This document shows positions 53,765 through 62,797 of a DNA stretch of 64,000 nt, in pieces; position 1 is the stretch's first letter, and the number at the start of each line of letters is the position of its first letter. This DNA is from a virus, in the IMG/VR virus record IMGVR_UViG_3300042508_000221, positions 1 to 64,000 of that record. One strand, written 5' to 3'. Position numbers and translations under genes: made by a program. The notes under the pieces are model-generated. The model saw only the letters and a program-made list of their open reading frames with translations, was not told where the DNA came from and did no database searches.

Positions 53765-54102
53765 TGAAAGACTTTTCATCGGCGTTCGCCGATTTTTTGA
53801 ATTCAGATGGATCGATGAAGCTGCCAATCACTTTTTATCACGCTTTTGAGGCAGGCCCGATTCACACCAACATCGACCCTGACGGAATCATCGTGACAGT
53901 TACAGTGCATTCGATTGACACAGAAGAGCCATGCCTTCTGACGATGCTTTTTCCGATGCCGTTGGGTGCCGCCAAGGCGAAGCTGCGGCAAGGACGGCTT
54001 CCTGTTTTGCAAAGCAGCGCGGTAACAGTGCTGCGAAAGATCGACGAAGTAGTCGGAGATTCTGGTGAGCGGTACTCACGGTTTAAGGTCGAGGTGACAT
54101 GA
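53761..54102 (+). CDS. Hypothetical protein
   Basis: Coupled ORF with SD. Confidence 0.55.
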   Translation: MMKDFSSAFADFLNSDGSMKLPITFYHAFEAGPIHTNIDPDGIIVTVTVHSIDTEEPCLLTMLFPMPLGAAKAKLRQGRLPVLQSSAVTVLRKIDEVVGDSGERYSRFKVEVT

Positions 54103-54830
54103 CCCCCATCGAAGACAAAGCCCTCGCCGCCTTCCTTCTGGGCGTTCCTGCCGCGATGGCCGGCACGACCGACGACGCCGTGCCGGACGCGAGGTACATC
54201 GAGTACGGTTCTCGATTCCGCGATTACACAGTTCGCTTCTCCGGCCGCGACGATGACGGCAAATACTCGGAGGCGACGGCAACTCTGCTGTCCCCGCACT
54301 GGGCGATCACTGCGGCGCACGTTGCCGTCGGCGTCAGCGGGATCACGCTGTCGAACCGTCTGGTTGACCGAGTGGTCATCCACCCGGACTGGGACGACGA
54401 CAAGAACGGATTTCACGATCTGGCCCTGCTGCACTGTGACAAGCCCGCTGGCATTGCCTACTATCCACCACTTAGCGACGGCGACGAGAAGGTCGGACAG
54501 ACGGTCAGCATCGTCGGCTACGGCCTCTACGGGAAGCTGACTGCGGGGCACGAGGGCTACGACGGCAAGCTGCGGGCGGGGACGCAGACGATCGAGCGTT
54601 TCGAGCGGTCGGTCATCGTCTGCCACGCTCAGTGTGGGACGAGCACGCTCGAGTTCTGCATCTCGCCTGGGGACTCAGGAGGCCCGCTTTTCGCCGGAGG
54701 CAAGCTGGCCGGGGTCAATAGTTTCACGATGGCCCCGAGGGGGCCGCTGAAGAGCCGCCAGGGCGAGGAGACGGCGCACACGCGGGTGAGTTTGTATCGG
54801 GAGTGGATCAAGGAGGTAACCGGAGAATGA
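54099..54830 (+). CDS. Trypsin-like (S1) serine protease, probably exported
   Basis: ITAAH, HDLALL and GDSGGPL catalytic triad; hydrophobic N-terminus ending AMA. Confidence 0.9.
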   Translation: MTPIEDKALAAFLLGVPAAMAGTTDDAVPDARYIEYGSRFRDYTVRFSGRDDDGKYSEATATLLSPHWAITAAHVAVGVSGITLSNRLVDRVVIHPDWDDDKNGFHDLALLHCDKPAGIAYYPPLSDGDEKVGQTVSIVGYGLYGKLTAGHEGYDGKLRAGTQTIERFERSVIVCHAQCGTSTLEFCISPGDSGGPLFAGGKLAGVNSFTMAPRGPLKSRQGEETAHTRVSLYREWIKEVTGE

Positions 54831-55084
54831 GCGTCGAACGACTTGAAGAGCTTACCGAGATCAACCCCGAAGCGCTCCTGGCCGACGGCCTCGAGTCGGC
54901 GTTCATCGGCTACACGGCGAATCATCATCACGCCGTCGTCGCCGTCTACGACTACGACAAGTGCGTCCAGGCTCTCGTCGACCGCGACGGCATGACGCAC
55001 GAGGAGGCCGACGAGTTCCTCGAGTTCAACACGCTCGGAGCCTACGTCGGCGAGAACGGCCCGCTGTATGTGAGGCTTGGTTAA
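54827..55084 (+). CDS. Conserved-looking phage hypothetical protein
   Basis: ADG.E.AFIG, VAVYD, EEA.EF.EFN..GAYVGE..P. Confidence 0.7.
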   Translation: MSVERLEELTEINPEALLADGLESAFIGYTANHHHAVVAVYDYDKCVQALVDRDGMTHEEADEFLEFNTLGAYVGENGPLYVRLG

Positions 55085-55488
55085 TGGAACTCTTCATCCT
55101 CAAGACCTCCCGCCTGCGCCGCTCCGAGCGGCGATTCATCGCCGACCACCTGACGCGACCGGAGAGCGAATTCCAGCGTGCTCTGCTCGCCGGCACCGTG
55201 ACCGGCACGATCGCCATCTGCCTAGATCAAGGCGAGATCATTGGATGGGCGAGGACTGAGGTCTGGCAGGGCATCCCGACGCTTGAGGCGTTCGTGTCGC
55301 CCGCCTACCGCCGCCGCGGCGTGGCAACGCTCTGCGCCGCCGGCCTGCGGACAGAGGGCGTGTTCCGCGACCACGAATTCGTAGCCGTATTCCGGCCGAC
55401 GATGATCCCGCTCGCCCGCCGACTGAATCTGTCGACCGCGACCTTCGACCGGAAGCCCGACGGGACGTGGCGAGAGGCGAAAGCGTGA
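55084..55488 (+). CDS. GNAT acetyltransferase
   Basis: FVSPAYRRRGVAT acetyl-CoA binding motif. Confidence 0.75.
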   Translation: MELFILKTSRLRRSERRFIADHLTRPESEFQRALLAGTVTGTIAICLDQGEIIGWARTEVWQGIPTLEAFVSPAYRRRGVATLCAAGLRTEGVFRDHEFVAVFRPTMIPLARRLNLSTATFDRKPDGTWREAKA

Positions 55489-55697
55489 CGCCCGAAGACA
55501 AGCTCCTGATCGCGCTGCGGATGATGAACATCGAGCGGATGTTGTCCACGACGATTCCGGCGATCAAGGCGACTGCGAGGGCTGCACAAGAGGTAGAAGC
55601 ACTGGGGCTGGCGACTGCATCGTATTTGCTGGCGGAGTCGGTCGAGGTGTATGCCACTGAGATGAGGAAGTTCGTCGACAGCATCGATCAGTCTTGA
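55485..55697 (+). CDS. Hypothetical protein
   Basis: Coupled ORF. Confidence 0.5.
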   Translation: MTPEDKLLIALRMMNIERMLSTTIPAIKATARAAQEVEALGLATASYLLAESVEVYATEMRKFVDSIDQS

Positions 55698-55766
55698 CAG
55701 GTTGACTACCGCGCCAGACAATGCCGGCCGGTTTGGTTTCCGTTTCACTTCATGGAGGATTTTCGC

Positions 55767-56093
55767 ATGCGTTCCTTTTTTCTTGTTTTCGCCATCGCCT
55801 GTTGCACCACGGTCGCCAGTGGCGGCGACGTGATCGTGACAACGACGACCGTGATCTCGGCGCAGGAGACGGCCGACGAGTGTGCTCGAACCGGGCTGCT
55901 CAAGCACTGCCGCGTGCTCGGCGGTCGCCGCGAGGGCATCGGCTTCTCGACCGTCAGCCCCGAGGCGGCGGAGAAGTCGGCGTGCTTCTACTCCGAGGCC
56001 GTCCGCGGTCGTTACCGCATCGTCGAGCGAGGGTATGCCTACTCGCCGGCTCGCCGCGGCTGGTTCGCGGTGCTCCGGTACAGCGGGAATTGA
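55767..56093 (+). CDS. Small secreted protein
   Basis: Signal-peptide-like N-terminus; own candidate promoter TTGACA (55695) ... GACAAT and GGAGG SD. Confidence 0.65.
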   Translation: MRSFFLVFAIACCTTVASGGDVIVTTTTVISAQETADECARTGLLKHCRVLGGRREGIGFSTVSPEAAEKSACFYSEAVRGRYRIVERGYAYSPARRGWFAVLRYSGN

Positions 56094-56112
56094 TCTTATT
56101 CATCCGCGCCGC

Positions 56113-56150
56113 GCCGGGGGTGGTGGTTCTCGTCTGCCACCGCCCCCGGC
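56113..56150. other. Strong intergenic hairpin without U-tract
   Basis: GCCGGGGGTGGTGG, 10-nt loop, CCACCGCCCCCGGC. Confidence 0.6.
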
Positions 56151-56168
56151 CCCCGATGGGAAAACACC

Positions 56169-56468
56169 ATGCAAGACCTAATCGAAAAGATTGAATCCTG
56201 GGCCCGCGATCGGCGGATCATCCCGAACAGCACCCCGATGGCCCAGTTGATGAAGACGGTCAGCGAACTCGGCGAACTCGCCGACGCCACGCTCAAGAAC
56301 GACCGCGAGGGCATCGTTGACGGCGTGGGCGACGTGATCGTGACGCTCATCATCTACGCGGCTCTCCAGGGCGTGACCGTCGAGGACTGCCTCGCGTCGG
56401 CGTATGGGGAGATCAAGGACAGGAAGGGCACGCTGACGCCGGAGGGCGTGTTTGTCAAGGAGACATGA
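56169..56468 (+). CDS. MazG-like nucleotide pyrophosphohydrolase
   Basis: WA.DR, Q..K...E.GELA, DGVGD..VTL, AY.EIKDRKG....GVFVKE. Confidence 0.85.
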   Translation: MQDLIEKIESWARDRRIIPNSTPMAQLMKTVSELGELADATLKNDREGIVDGVGDVIVTLIIYAALQGVTVEDCLASAYGEIKDRKGTLTPEGVFVKET

Positions 56469-56469
56469 A

Positions 56470-56673
56470 ATGTTCGACTGGCTGTTTGGTAAGAAGCGAA
56501 TTCGCCTGCTTGAGTCCAAGCTGGCCGACGCGAACGGAATTATCTCCAAGCTCGACGAGATGTGGAAAGCACGGTGCCGGGAGTGCGAGCAGCAGCGTGT
56601 GCTCATCACCGCGCTCCGCGATGTGAACGCGACCCTGGACAAGCGGTGTAACGATCTTGAGGGAGTTCGATGA
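56470..56673 (+). CDS. Hypothetical coiled-coil protein
   Basis: ORF with SD. Confidence 0.5.
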   Translation: MFDWLFGKKRIRLLESKLADANGIISKLDEMWKARCRECEQQRVLITALRDVNATLDKRCNDLEGVR

Positions 56674-57026
56674 GTCCCGAACTTGAAAACAAGCTGTACG
56701 CCGACTTTCCTCTGCTATTCGCGAATCGCGAAAGCAGGGGGAGCTGCATGGTCTTCGGATGCGAACACGGCGACGGCTGGTACGGCATCCTGCGTGCGGC
56801 GTGCAAGGAAATCGCAAGGCACGCAGGGCCGCACTTTCAGTTCACTCAGGTGAAGGAAAAGTACGGCACGCTGCGTCTCTACTTCGTTGGCGGCGACTCG
56901 TACTGCGAAGGCGTCATCGACATGGCCGAGGCTATGTCAGCCGTAACGTGCGAGCAGTGCGGCAATCCGGGGAAGCCGAACGACGGCGGATGGATTACGA
57001 CTCTCTGTGAGGGGTGCCGGAAGTAA
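56670..57026 (+). CDS. Phage protein with C-terminal Zn ribbon
   Basis: GDGWY, QVKEKYGTLR.Y, CEQCG.PG, WI.TLC..C. Confidence 0.75.
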   Translation: MSPELENKLYADFPLLFANRESRGSCMVFGCEHGDGWYGILRAACKEIARHAGPHFQFTQVKEKYGTLRLYFVGGDSYCEGVIDMAEAMSAVTCEQCGNPGKPNDGGWITTLCEGCRK

Positions 57027-57238
57027 TGCCACACGTCATCATTCGATTCAGATTGCCAGAGGATCAAGGCGACTTCAACGCTGCGATGCAGGGGCGTGAC
57101 GCCAAGAGCGTCATCTGGGAAGTGGATCAATACTGCCGAACTATCCTGAAGCACGGCGAGCCGAGCGATGACGAGCGGCGGCACCTTGGGCGGATACGCG
57201 ACATACTGCGAGAGCGGCCGGGACTGCTTGATGACTGA
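57026..57238 (+). CDS. Hypothetical protein
   Basis: F.LPED..., LKHG; coupled. Confidence 0.6.
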   Translation: MPHVIIRFRLPEDQGDFNAAMQGRDAKSVIWEVDQYCRTILKHGEPSDDERRHLGRIRDILRERPGLLDD

Positions 57239-57482
57239 GCGAAACTGGATTCCCGTGAGCGAGCGACTGCCGGAGATCGCCCCGCTTGGCGTTACTGCGA
57301 CTGTCATCGTTGCCCATGCCGAGTACGACACCAACAGAGAGCCGACAGGAAACGTCAAGGTTTCTCCAGCGTCATTCCTCGGCAGTGACCAACAAGGGCC
57401 GTTCTTCAAGAGCATGATCAACGGGCGGCGTCTTGACTCAAAGGCGTGGATGCCGCTCCCAGAGCCACCGGAGGTAGAGTAA
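57231..57482 (+). CDS. DUF551-like protein
   Basis: WIPVSERLPE ... WMPLPEPP. Confidence 0.75.
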   Translation: MTERNWIPVSERLPEIAPLGVTATVIVAHAEYDTNREPTGNVKVSPASFLGSDQQGPFFKSMINGRRLDSKAWMPLPEPPEVE

Positions 57483-58207
57483 TGGGCATCACAAAAGCCG
57501 ACTTAGACGCACAGCGTGCCATGCTGAAGCGTGGCGAAGAGAGGCGAAGAGCAGCCAAGCAGGAGAAAGAACGCGAGCGACTCCGCGACACGTTCGCCGC
57601 TGCGGCGTTGACGGGGCTGCTTTCACGCTCCATCGCGCCAGAACAGGCGATGAGCCAATACGTTCGCATAGCAGCAGCCTATGCCGACGCTATGCTCCGC
57701 GAGCGTGAGCGAACAAATCATGACGCTGTGCCGGAAGCGATAGCCTATCCATCTGAATCCTCCGTTCCACGGGGGAATGGGGGCGGATGCGGCGGGACTG
57801 ATAAACCCGTTACGCTACCCGCTATGGGCACCGGCGACATTCCAGTTTCCAGAACGCGAGGACGGGTAGGCACGATACTATCCGAGGCCGAAATCGACGC
57901 TCTGGAATACGTCGCCGAGGAGGGACGCATCGCCAGCATGGATGATTACGGCATCCTGCGGTCGCTGCTCGTCAGGGTGCGGCCGGAATGGGAGAGCCAA
58001 TCGTATGAGAAAAACGACGAAAAACGCACGAACGCTGCTATGAATCGGGACGCTACACCGAGCGAGGGTAGTGTGCAGGGCGAGGGTGCGCTCACTGACG
58101 CGGAGCGAGAGGCGATTTCATTTTTTGCTACGTTACGCGGCGGCGACTTTGATTCCTGCCTACCGCGCGCCGCCACCCTCCGAGAACTGCTGGAGAGACT
58201 GAAGTGA
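57482..58207 (+). CDS. Mosaic hypothetical protein
   Basis: LRD.FAAAALTGLL...AY..ADAML.ER module; C-terminal LTDAEREAI module. Confidence 0.65.
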   Translation: MGITKADLDAQRAMLKRGEERRRAAKQEKERERLRDTFAAAALTGLLSRSIAPEQAMSQYVRIAAAYADAMLRERERTNHDAVPEAIAYPSESSVPRGNGGGCGGTDKPVTLPAMGTGDIPVSRTRGRVGTILSEAEIDALEYVAEEGRIASMDDYGILRSLLVRVRPEWESQSYEKNDEKRTNAAMNRDATPSEGSVQGEGALTDAEREAISFFATLRGGDFDSCLPRAATLRELLERLK

Positions 58208-58425
58208 AAACAAAGCCCGTAGCATGGCGTGTAACAAGCGAAGGCCAGTCGTACATCTACTACACCAAATCAGAAGCGATGTTTTGGGCCGATTTTAAAG
58301 CTGGCTACAGTACCACTCCTGTTCTGGTGAGTCCGCTGTTCGCCGGAGATTCAAAAGAGTTCGCGCCGCGAGCCGCAAAACGACGGAAGCCAGTAAAGCT
58401 GTGGATCAGAAAGGTCATGTGGTAG
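58204..58425 (+). CDS. Hypothetical protein (KPVAW module)
   Basis: Coupled ORF. Confidence 0.5.
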   Translation: MKTKPVAWRVTSEGQSYIYYTKSEAMFWADFKAGYSTTPVLVSPLFAGDSKEFAPRAAKRRKPVKLWIRKVMW

Positions 58426-58433
58426 GAGGAATT

Positions 58434-58781
58434 ATGAGACTTCAACACGCTGGGTCATGCGATGAATGCGGAACCAACACTGGGCCGTTCGTCCACTTCG
58501 GAGGTGGAACGATGGCGTCCGAGGATTGCTTGATTTGTATGCCGTGCATTTACGCTGCATACAGGTCTACGCACTTGCTGACGATGGTGAATGGGCCGAT
58601 GGCAGGAATGCGAATGGACGCATCTACGGAGAAGATGAAGCCATTCGTAGACACAAATGGGCGAGTGTATTGGTACGAACTCTCCGATTGGAGTAGGGAA
58701 GGCGAAAACACTCCCCACTGCGTGTGGCTGTTTCGCGGCGAGACTGACTCCTACTCAAAACCACCAGAGGTGAAGAGATGA
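58434..58781 (+). CDS. Hypothetical protein with Cys pairs
   Basis: CDEC, ICMPC; SD present. Confidence 0.5.
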   Translation: MRLQHAGSCDECGTNTGPFVHFGGGTMASEDCLICMPCIYAAYRSTHLLTMVNGPMAGMRMDASTEKMKPFVDTNGRVYWYELSDWSREGENTPHCVWLFRGETDSYSKPPEVKR

Positions 58782-59167
58782 GCAAACCCGTCGCCTACGC
58801 TGCCGTTGCTGCTGATGGCAGCGAATCTGTCTATGTTGCGAGTCTCAAGGAACAGGCGGAGGAATGCTGCCGAGAGAACGGGTGGTTTCTTTCGCCTCTC
58901 TACGCTGCTCCTCCGACATGGCAAGAGGAGGTAGCCGCAGTCGAAGCCGCGTTTGAGAGAAGCGGCGTGCAGCCGACATGGCCCGATGACGAGGCGGGGA
59001 ATGTCGGGCCGATGGCCGAAGCAATGGCAGATGATATTGAGCGTCTGCGACTCGCCGCCGATGAGCGTGAGGCGATTGCATTTTTTGCTGAGTTACGCGG
59101 CGGCGACTTTGATTCTTGCTTACCGCACGCCGTCACGCTTCGCAACCTGCTGGAGCGACTCAAATGA
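58778..59167 (+). CDS. Mosaic hypothetical protein
   Basis: KPVAY N-terminus; C-terminus shared with 57482-58207. Confidence 0.6.
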   Translation: MSKPVAYAAVAADGSESVYVASLKEQAEECCRENGWFLSPLYAAPPTWQEEVAAVEAAFERSGVQPTWPDDEAGNVGPMAEAMADDIERLRLAADEREAIAFFAELRGGDFDSCLPHAVTLRNLLERLK

Positions 59168-59475
59168 CCCAAAACGACGACACGTCACCGAAACCTGTCG
59201 CCGCCAGCGACATCGTCGCCGACGCACGGCAGTGGCTCGCGGACATCGGCGGCGAGCGTTTGCAAACGCACTCTGATAACTGTCACCAGTGGCACTCGAC
59301 GTGCCTCGTCGGAAAGCTGATCAGAGAGATCGAGGTGCAGCGGGCCTGCACGGCGGCGGGTCGCGACGAGATTACGCGACTACGCGATCTCGTCGATGGC
59401 CTGGGTGCCGCCATCGAAACGGCCGGCTACATCTACCGCAACACCGACTCCGGCCCCAATCTTGTTCGACCGTAA
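59164..59475 (+). CDS. Hypothetical protein
   Basis: THS..CH.WH..CL motif; coupled. Confidence 0.55.
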   Translation: MTQNDDTSPKPVAASDIVADARQWLADIGGERLQTHSDNCHQWHSTCLVGKLIREIEVQRACTAAGRDEITRLRDLVDGLGAAIETAGYIYRNTDSGPNLVRP

Positions 59476-59512
59476 GTTCTGTTTCGTTTCATCACTTCAA
59501 GGAGGAATCCTC

Positions 59513-59851
59513 ATGCACTGCCCCCCAGTCGACCTCAAGCACCTCACGCAGCTCTGGAAAAGCGAGATGAAGAGCGACCAGATATGCCTGGAACTCGGCG
59601 TGACTCGCGGCCACCTATACAACCTCGTCCGCAAGCACGCCCTGGGCTGCCGGCCGCCGCAGTTTAGCGCAGCCAGGAACACCGAGACCCCCGACCCCAC
59701 CGAGGCCGAGATCGCCGAGCGGGCCGCCGCCATCCGCGCAACGTGGACGCCAGAAGAGCGGCGCAACCGTCTGGCGAAGTGCTACCGCCCGAAGCGGGTC
59801 GAGATCAGTAACTTTAACTTCGACCGCGAGACGTATTCTTTTTCGTCTTGA
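59513..59851 (+). CDS. HTH protein (GcrA-like N-terminus)
   Basis: L..LW.......I..ELGV; DPT..EI.ER...IR..W...ER. Confidence 0.6.
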   Translation: MHCPPVDLKHLTQLWKSEMKSDQICLELGVTRGHLYNLVRKHALGCRPPQFSAARNTETPDPTEAEIAERAAAIRATWTPEERRNRLAKCYRPKRVEISNFNFDRETYSFSS

Positions 59852-59876
59852 CGAATAGACTACTAATACCCACAAT
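59848..59876 (+). promoter_or_regulatory. Candidate sigma70 promoter for the VRR-NUC/glycosyltransferase genes
   Basis: TTGACG, 17 nt spacer, CACAAT; ATG 7 nt downstream. Confidence 0.5.
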
Positions 59877-59882
59877 CAAGGG

Positions 59883-60176
59883 ATGCAACGGAAAGCTCCT
59901 CTGGAGAAGACCATTGTTGCAAACGTCATGGCTCAAGGACGAGCCTTGGGCTTCTGGGTCACGAAGTTCCACGGGAACGCCTACACCATGTCGGGCGTGC
60001 CCGACGTGCTGATGATCAAGGACGGCAGGGCGTTTTGGCTTGAGTGCAAACGCCCAGGCGAGGAGCCGACGAAAATCCAGAATCACCGGATGCGGGAACT
60101 CGCATCGGCAGGATGCCCCGTAGCCGTCGTTACCTCGGCGGCAGATGCACGGCATTTTCTGGAGAACGTCTCGTGA
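59883..60176 (+). CDS. VRR-NUC domain nuclease
   Basis: E..I, GVPD, LECKRPG, Q......L...G..V.V. Confidence 0.85.
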   Translation: MQRKAPLEKTIVANVMAQGRALGFWVTKFHGNAYTMSGVPDVLMIKDGRAFWLECKRPGEEPTKIQNHRMRELASAGCPVAVVTSAADARHFLENVS

Positions 60177-60805
60177 AGGTTGCCCTGGTGACGAGCGTGT
60201 CGGCGAACATCGCTGAGTTGGCGTCCGTTACGGTGCCAAATAAGCTGGAATATTGCATCCGACACGACTACTCGCTGATTGTCGACAACCGCCCTTATGC
60301 CGAGGCTATCCGCGATATCCGCAGGGTGCTCGTCCCCCTACTTGAGGTCTACGACCTCGTCTGGACGCTGGACTGTGACGCCGTCATCACCGACATGACG
60401 AAGCCGGTGCATACCCTGCCCTGCTTGGGCCAAGGGGTCACTGTCTGCGAGGAAGGCATCGTCGGGTGGAACAGGCTGAACTGCGGCAGCATGGTATGGC
60501 GGGCAGGCTCGCGGTCGCGATACCTCCTTGAACGCATCGACGAGTCGGTTACCGAGTGGGCCGCCGCGCCCTGCGTCTGGCAGACGTGGCTCGGGCAGTA
60601 TGCACCGGCTCTGTCTGACGAGATGACCGTCGCACCGCTGCGATCGTTCAACTCGTGCGCGTGGAACCGCCCAGGCGGCTCTAGCGGCGACCCCGGCAGC
60701 CACTGGGAGCACGGCGATTTTGTGTTTCACCCGTGCGGCGTGTTTCCGCATGAAGAGCGGATTGGGATCATTCGATCCGTACTTGATGCGGGAGTTTCCA
60801 GATGA
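60173..60805 (+). CDS. Glycosyltransferase (GT34/MNN10-like) 1
   Basis: NK.EYC.RHDY, VWTLDCDAVI, LNCG, W..GDFVFH..G. Confidence 0.75.
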   Translation: MKVALVTSVSANIAELASVTVPNKLEYCIRHDYSLIVDNRPYAEAIRDIRRVLVPLLEVYDLVWTLDCDAVITDMTKPVHTLPCLGQGVTVCEEGIVGWNRLNCGSMVWRAGSRSRYLLERIDESVTEWAAAPCVWQTWLGQYAPALSDEMTVAPLRSFNSCAWNRPGGSSGDPGSHWEHGDFVFHPCGVFPHEERIGIIRSVLDAGVSR

Positions 60806-61320
60806 CCGGCTGGCGTGAATTCGTCGACTTCCTTGACGACTCGCATCCGATGACGACCGACCGTCGCCACATCGCGAAGCTCTGCGAGGCCGTCGAAGGC
60901 CAAGCGTGGCGAATCCTTGAGCTAGGCAGCCACGAAGGCCGATCGGCCGCAGCGATGGCCTGGGCGGCTCCCAGAAGCACGATCACCGCCGTCGACCTGT
61001 GCGACACGGTGGCGGAGGCCATGCGGACTGTCTACTGGGCCACCCTCGGGATCACGAACATCACGCCCGTGGCGGGGAGTGCCGGCGACTTCTTGTCCGC
61101 CTGCGTGCTGGGGCAGTTCGACTTCATCTTCCACGACGCTGTCCACGGGCCTGCGGCGTTCTTTGAATATCTGGGGTGCGCTGAGATTGCCAGCGGTCTG
61201 GCGATCCACGACTTCGAGCAGTTGCCGCCTGAGATGCAGCAGGCGATCGCGGCGAAGTTCTCGCACACGGCGACCGACGCCGATGGCAAGGGGCGGGTCT
61301 TGTTCATGGGGCGGAAATGA
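60802..61320 (+). CDS. Class I SAM methyltransferase (Methyltransf_24-like)
   Basis: ILELGS..GRS, ITAVD, FDFIFHDAVH, IHD. Confidence 0.8.
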   Translation: MTGWREFVDFLDDSHPMTTDRRHIAKLCEAVEGQAWRILELGSHEGRSAAAMAWAAPRSTITAVDLCDTVAEAMRTVYWATLGITNITPVAGSAGDFLSACVLGQFDFIFHDAVHGPAAFFEYLGCAEIASGLAIHDFEQLPPEMQQAIAAKFSHTATDADGKGRVLFMGRK

Positions 61321-61934
61321 CCAAGGCTCTCACCACGTTCGGATTTGGGCCGATGGCCGAGCTGCTGGACGTGGCGCTGCCGACGTTCGCGTGGTACGCG
61401 CAGAAGCACGGCTATGACCTGTTCGTCCCGTCGGGGGAGCAGTACAAGGGCATGAGCCGGCATCCTGCGTGGGGAAAGATACCGCTGATCATCTCGCTCC
61501 TGAAGGGCGGGTATGACACGGTTCTCTGGCTGGACGCCGATGTTGCCGTCGTCAGGCACGACCGCGACATCCTTGACGATCTGCCGGCCGACGCCCCGAT
61601 GGGGCTGGTGGTGCATCACACGCCCGACGGGGCGGTGCCGAACAGCGGCGTATGGATCGTGCGAAAAGAGGCCGTCGAGCTGCTCGAAAGCCTCTGGCCG
61701 CTGAACGGGTTCGACCGCTCGGGCTGCTGGTGGGAGCAGGCGGCTCTGATCGCAGCCCTCGGCGGCGACCCCGACGCCAAGCAGGTCGAAGTACCCGCGG
61801 GCAGGGCATGGGCGGAACTGCCGTATGAGTGGAATCCGCACTGCCGCGACCCCAGGGGTGTAGCGGCTTGTCGCTTCTTCCACGCCACCTGCTTCCCCGA
61901 CCGTAAGGCCGCCATGATCGAGGCGCTTCGATGA
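61317..61934 (+). CDS. Glycosyltransferase (GT34/MNN10-like) 2
   Basis: YA.KHGY, PAWGKI, VLWLDAD, PNSGVWI, WEQAAL, WN, FFH. Confidence 0.8.
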   Translation: MTKALTTFGFGPMAELLDVALPTFAWYAQKHGYDLFVPSGEQYKGMSRHPAWGKIPLIISLLKGGYDTVLWLDADVAVVRHDRDILDDLPADAPMGLVVHHTPDGAVPNSGVWIVRKEAVELLESLWPLNGFDRSGCWWEQAALIAALGGDPDAKQVEVPAGRAWAELPYEWNPHCRDPRGVAACRFFHATCFPDRKAAMIEALR

Positions 61935-62797
61935 AACTCCGCTACCGCTCCGGCATGACGATTCGACGGCCAGAGGATTTCTGGGATGTCGACTATGTCG
62001 AGTCCTACAAGGAACACGTCGAATACGGCCGCGTCGAGGCCCGCCGGCAGAAGCTGGCGATCGTCAGCATCTGCCGCAACGCGATGCCGCACTTGACGAA
62101 CACGCTGAGGCTGGTCGACGAGCTGGCCGGATTGTGGCGTGACTGTTCTTACTACATCTACGAGAACGACTCGGCCGACGAGACCGCGGCGGTGCTGGAT
62201 GACTTCGCCATCCGGCAGTGGGTCACGGTCGAGCACGACACGCTGGGGGGCGAGGATGCCCGCGGGTTTGAGCCCGAGCGGACGGCGCGGCTGGCGAAGT
62301 GCCGAGCCCGCTGCCAGGAGTGGGTTCGGAATCACGCCGCCGACGCCGGGTATGTGCTCGTGCTGGACGCCGACCCGCAGGGCGGGTTCAGTGTCGACGG
62401 CGTGCTCAACAGCCTCGGCTGGTTCTGCCAGATGCTCGGCGAGTCGTTTCATCGGCGGCAGCCGGGGGCGATGGCGAGCTACTCGCTCTTCATGCGGGAG
62501 GAGTCGCCGGGGGTGTTCGGCGCGGCCCAGTACGATGCCTGGGCCGCGAGGCCGAATCACTGGGAAGACGATCGCCAGATGGCGTGGTTCCATCTCTTCA
62601 TGCCGCCCGTCGGCAGCCATCCGATCTCCATGAACTCCGCGTTCGGCGGCTTGTGCCTCTATAGCCGCGAGGCGTTCCTGGCCGGCACCTACGAGGGCGG
62701 CGACTGCGAGCACGTCTTCCTGCACCGCTCCATGCAGCGGGCCGGCTACCAGCTTTTCTTAAACCCAGGATCGAGGTACGTCGCTCTCCTCCCATGA
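61931..62797 (+). CDS. Glycosyltransferase (CAP59/GT69-like)
   Basis: ICRN, IYENDS.D.T, LA.CR, VLDAD, SAFGGL.LY, CEHV..H, LNP. Confidence 0.75.
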   Translation: MKLRYRSGMTIRRPEDFWDVDYVESYKEHVEYGRVEARRQKLAIVSICRNAMPHLTNTLRLVDELAGLWRDCSYYIYENDSADETAAVLDDFAIRQWVTVEHDTLGGEDARGFEPERTARLAKCRARCQEWVRNHAADAGYVLVLDADPQGGFSVDGVLNSLGWFCQMLGESFHRRQPGAMASYSLFMREESPGVFGAAQYDAWAARPNHWEDDRQMAWFHLFMPPVGSHPISMNSAFGGLCLYSREAFLAGTYEGGDCEHVFLHRSMQRAGYQLFLNPGSRYVALLP

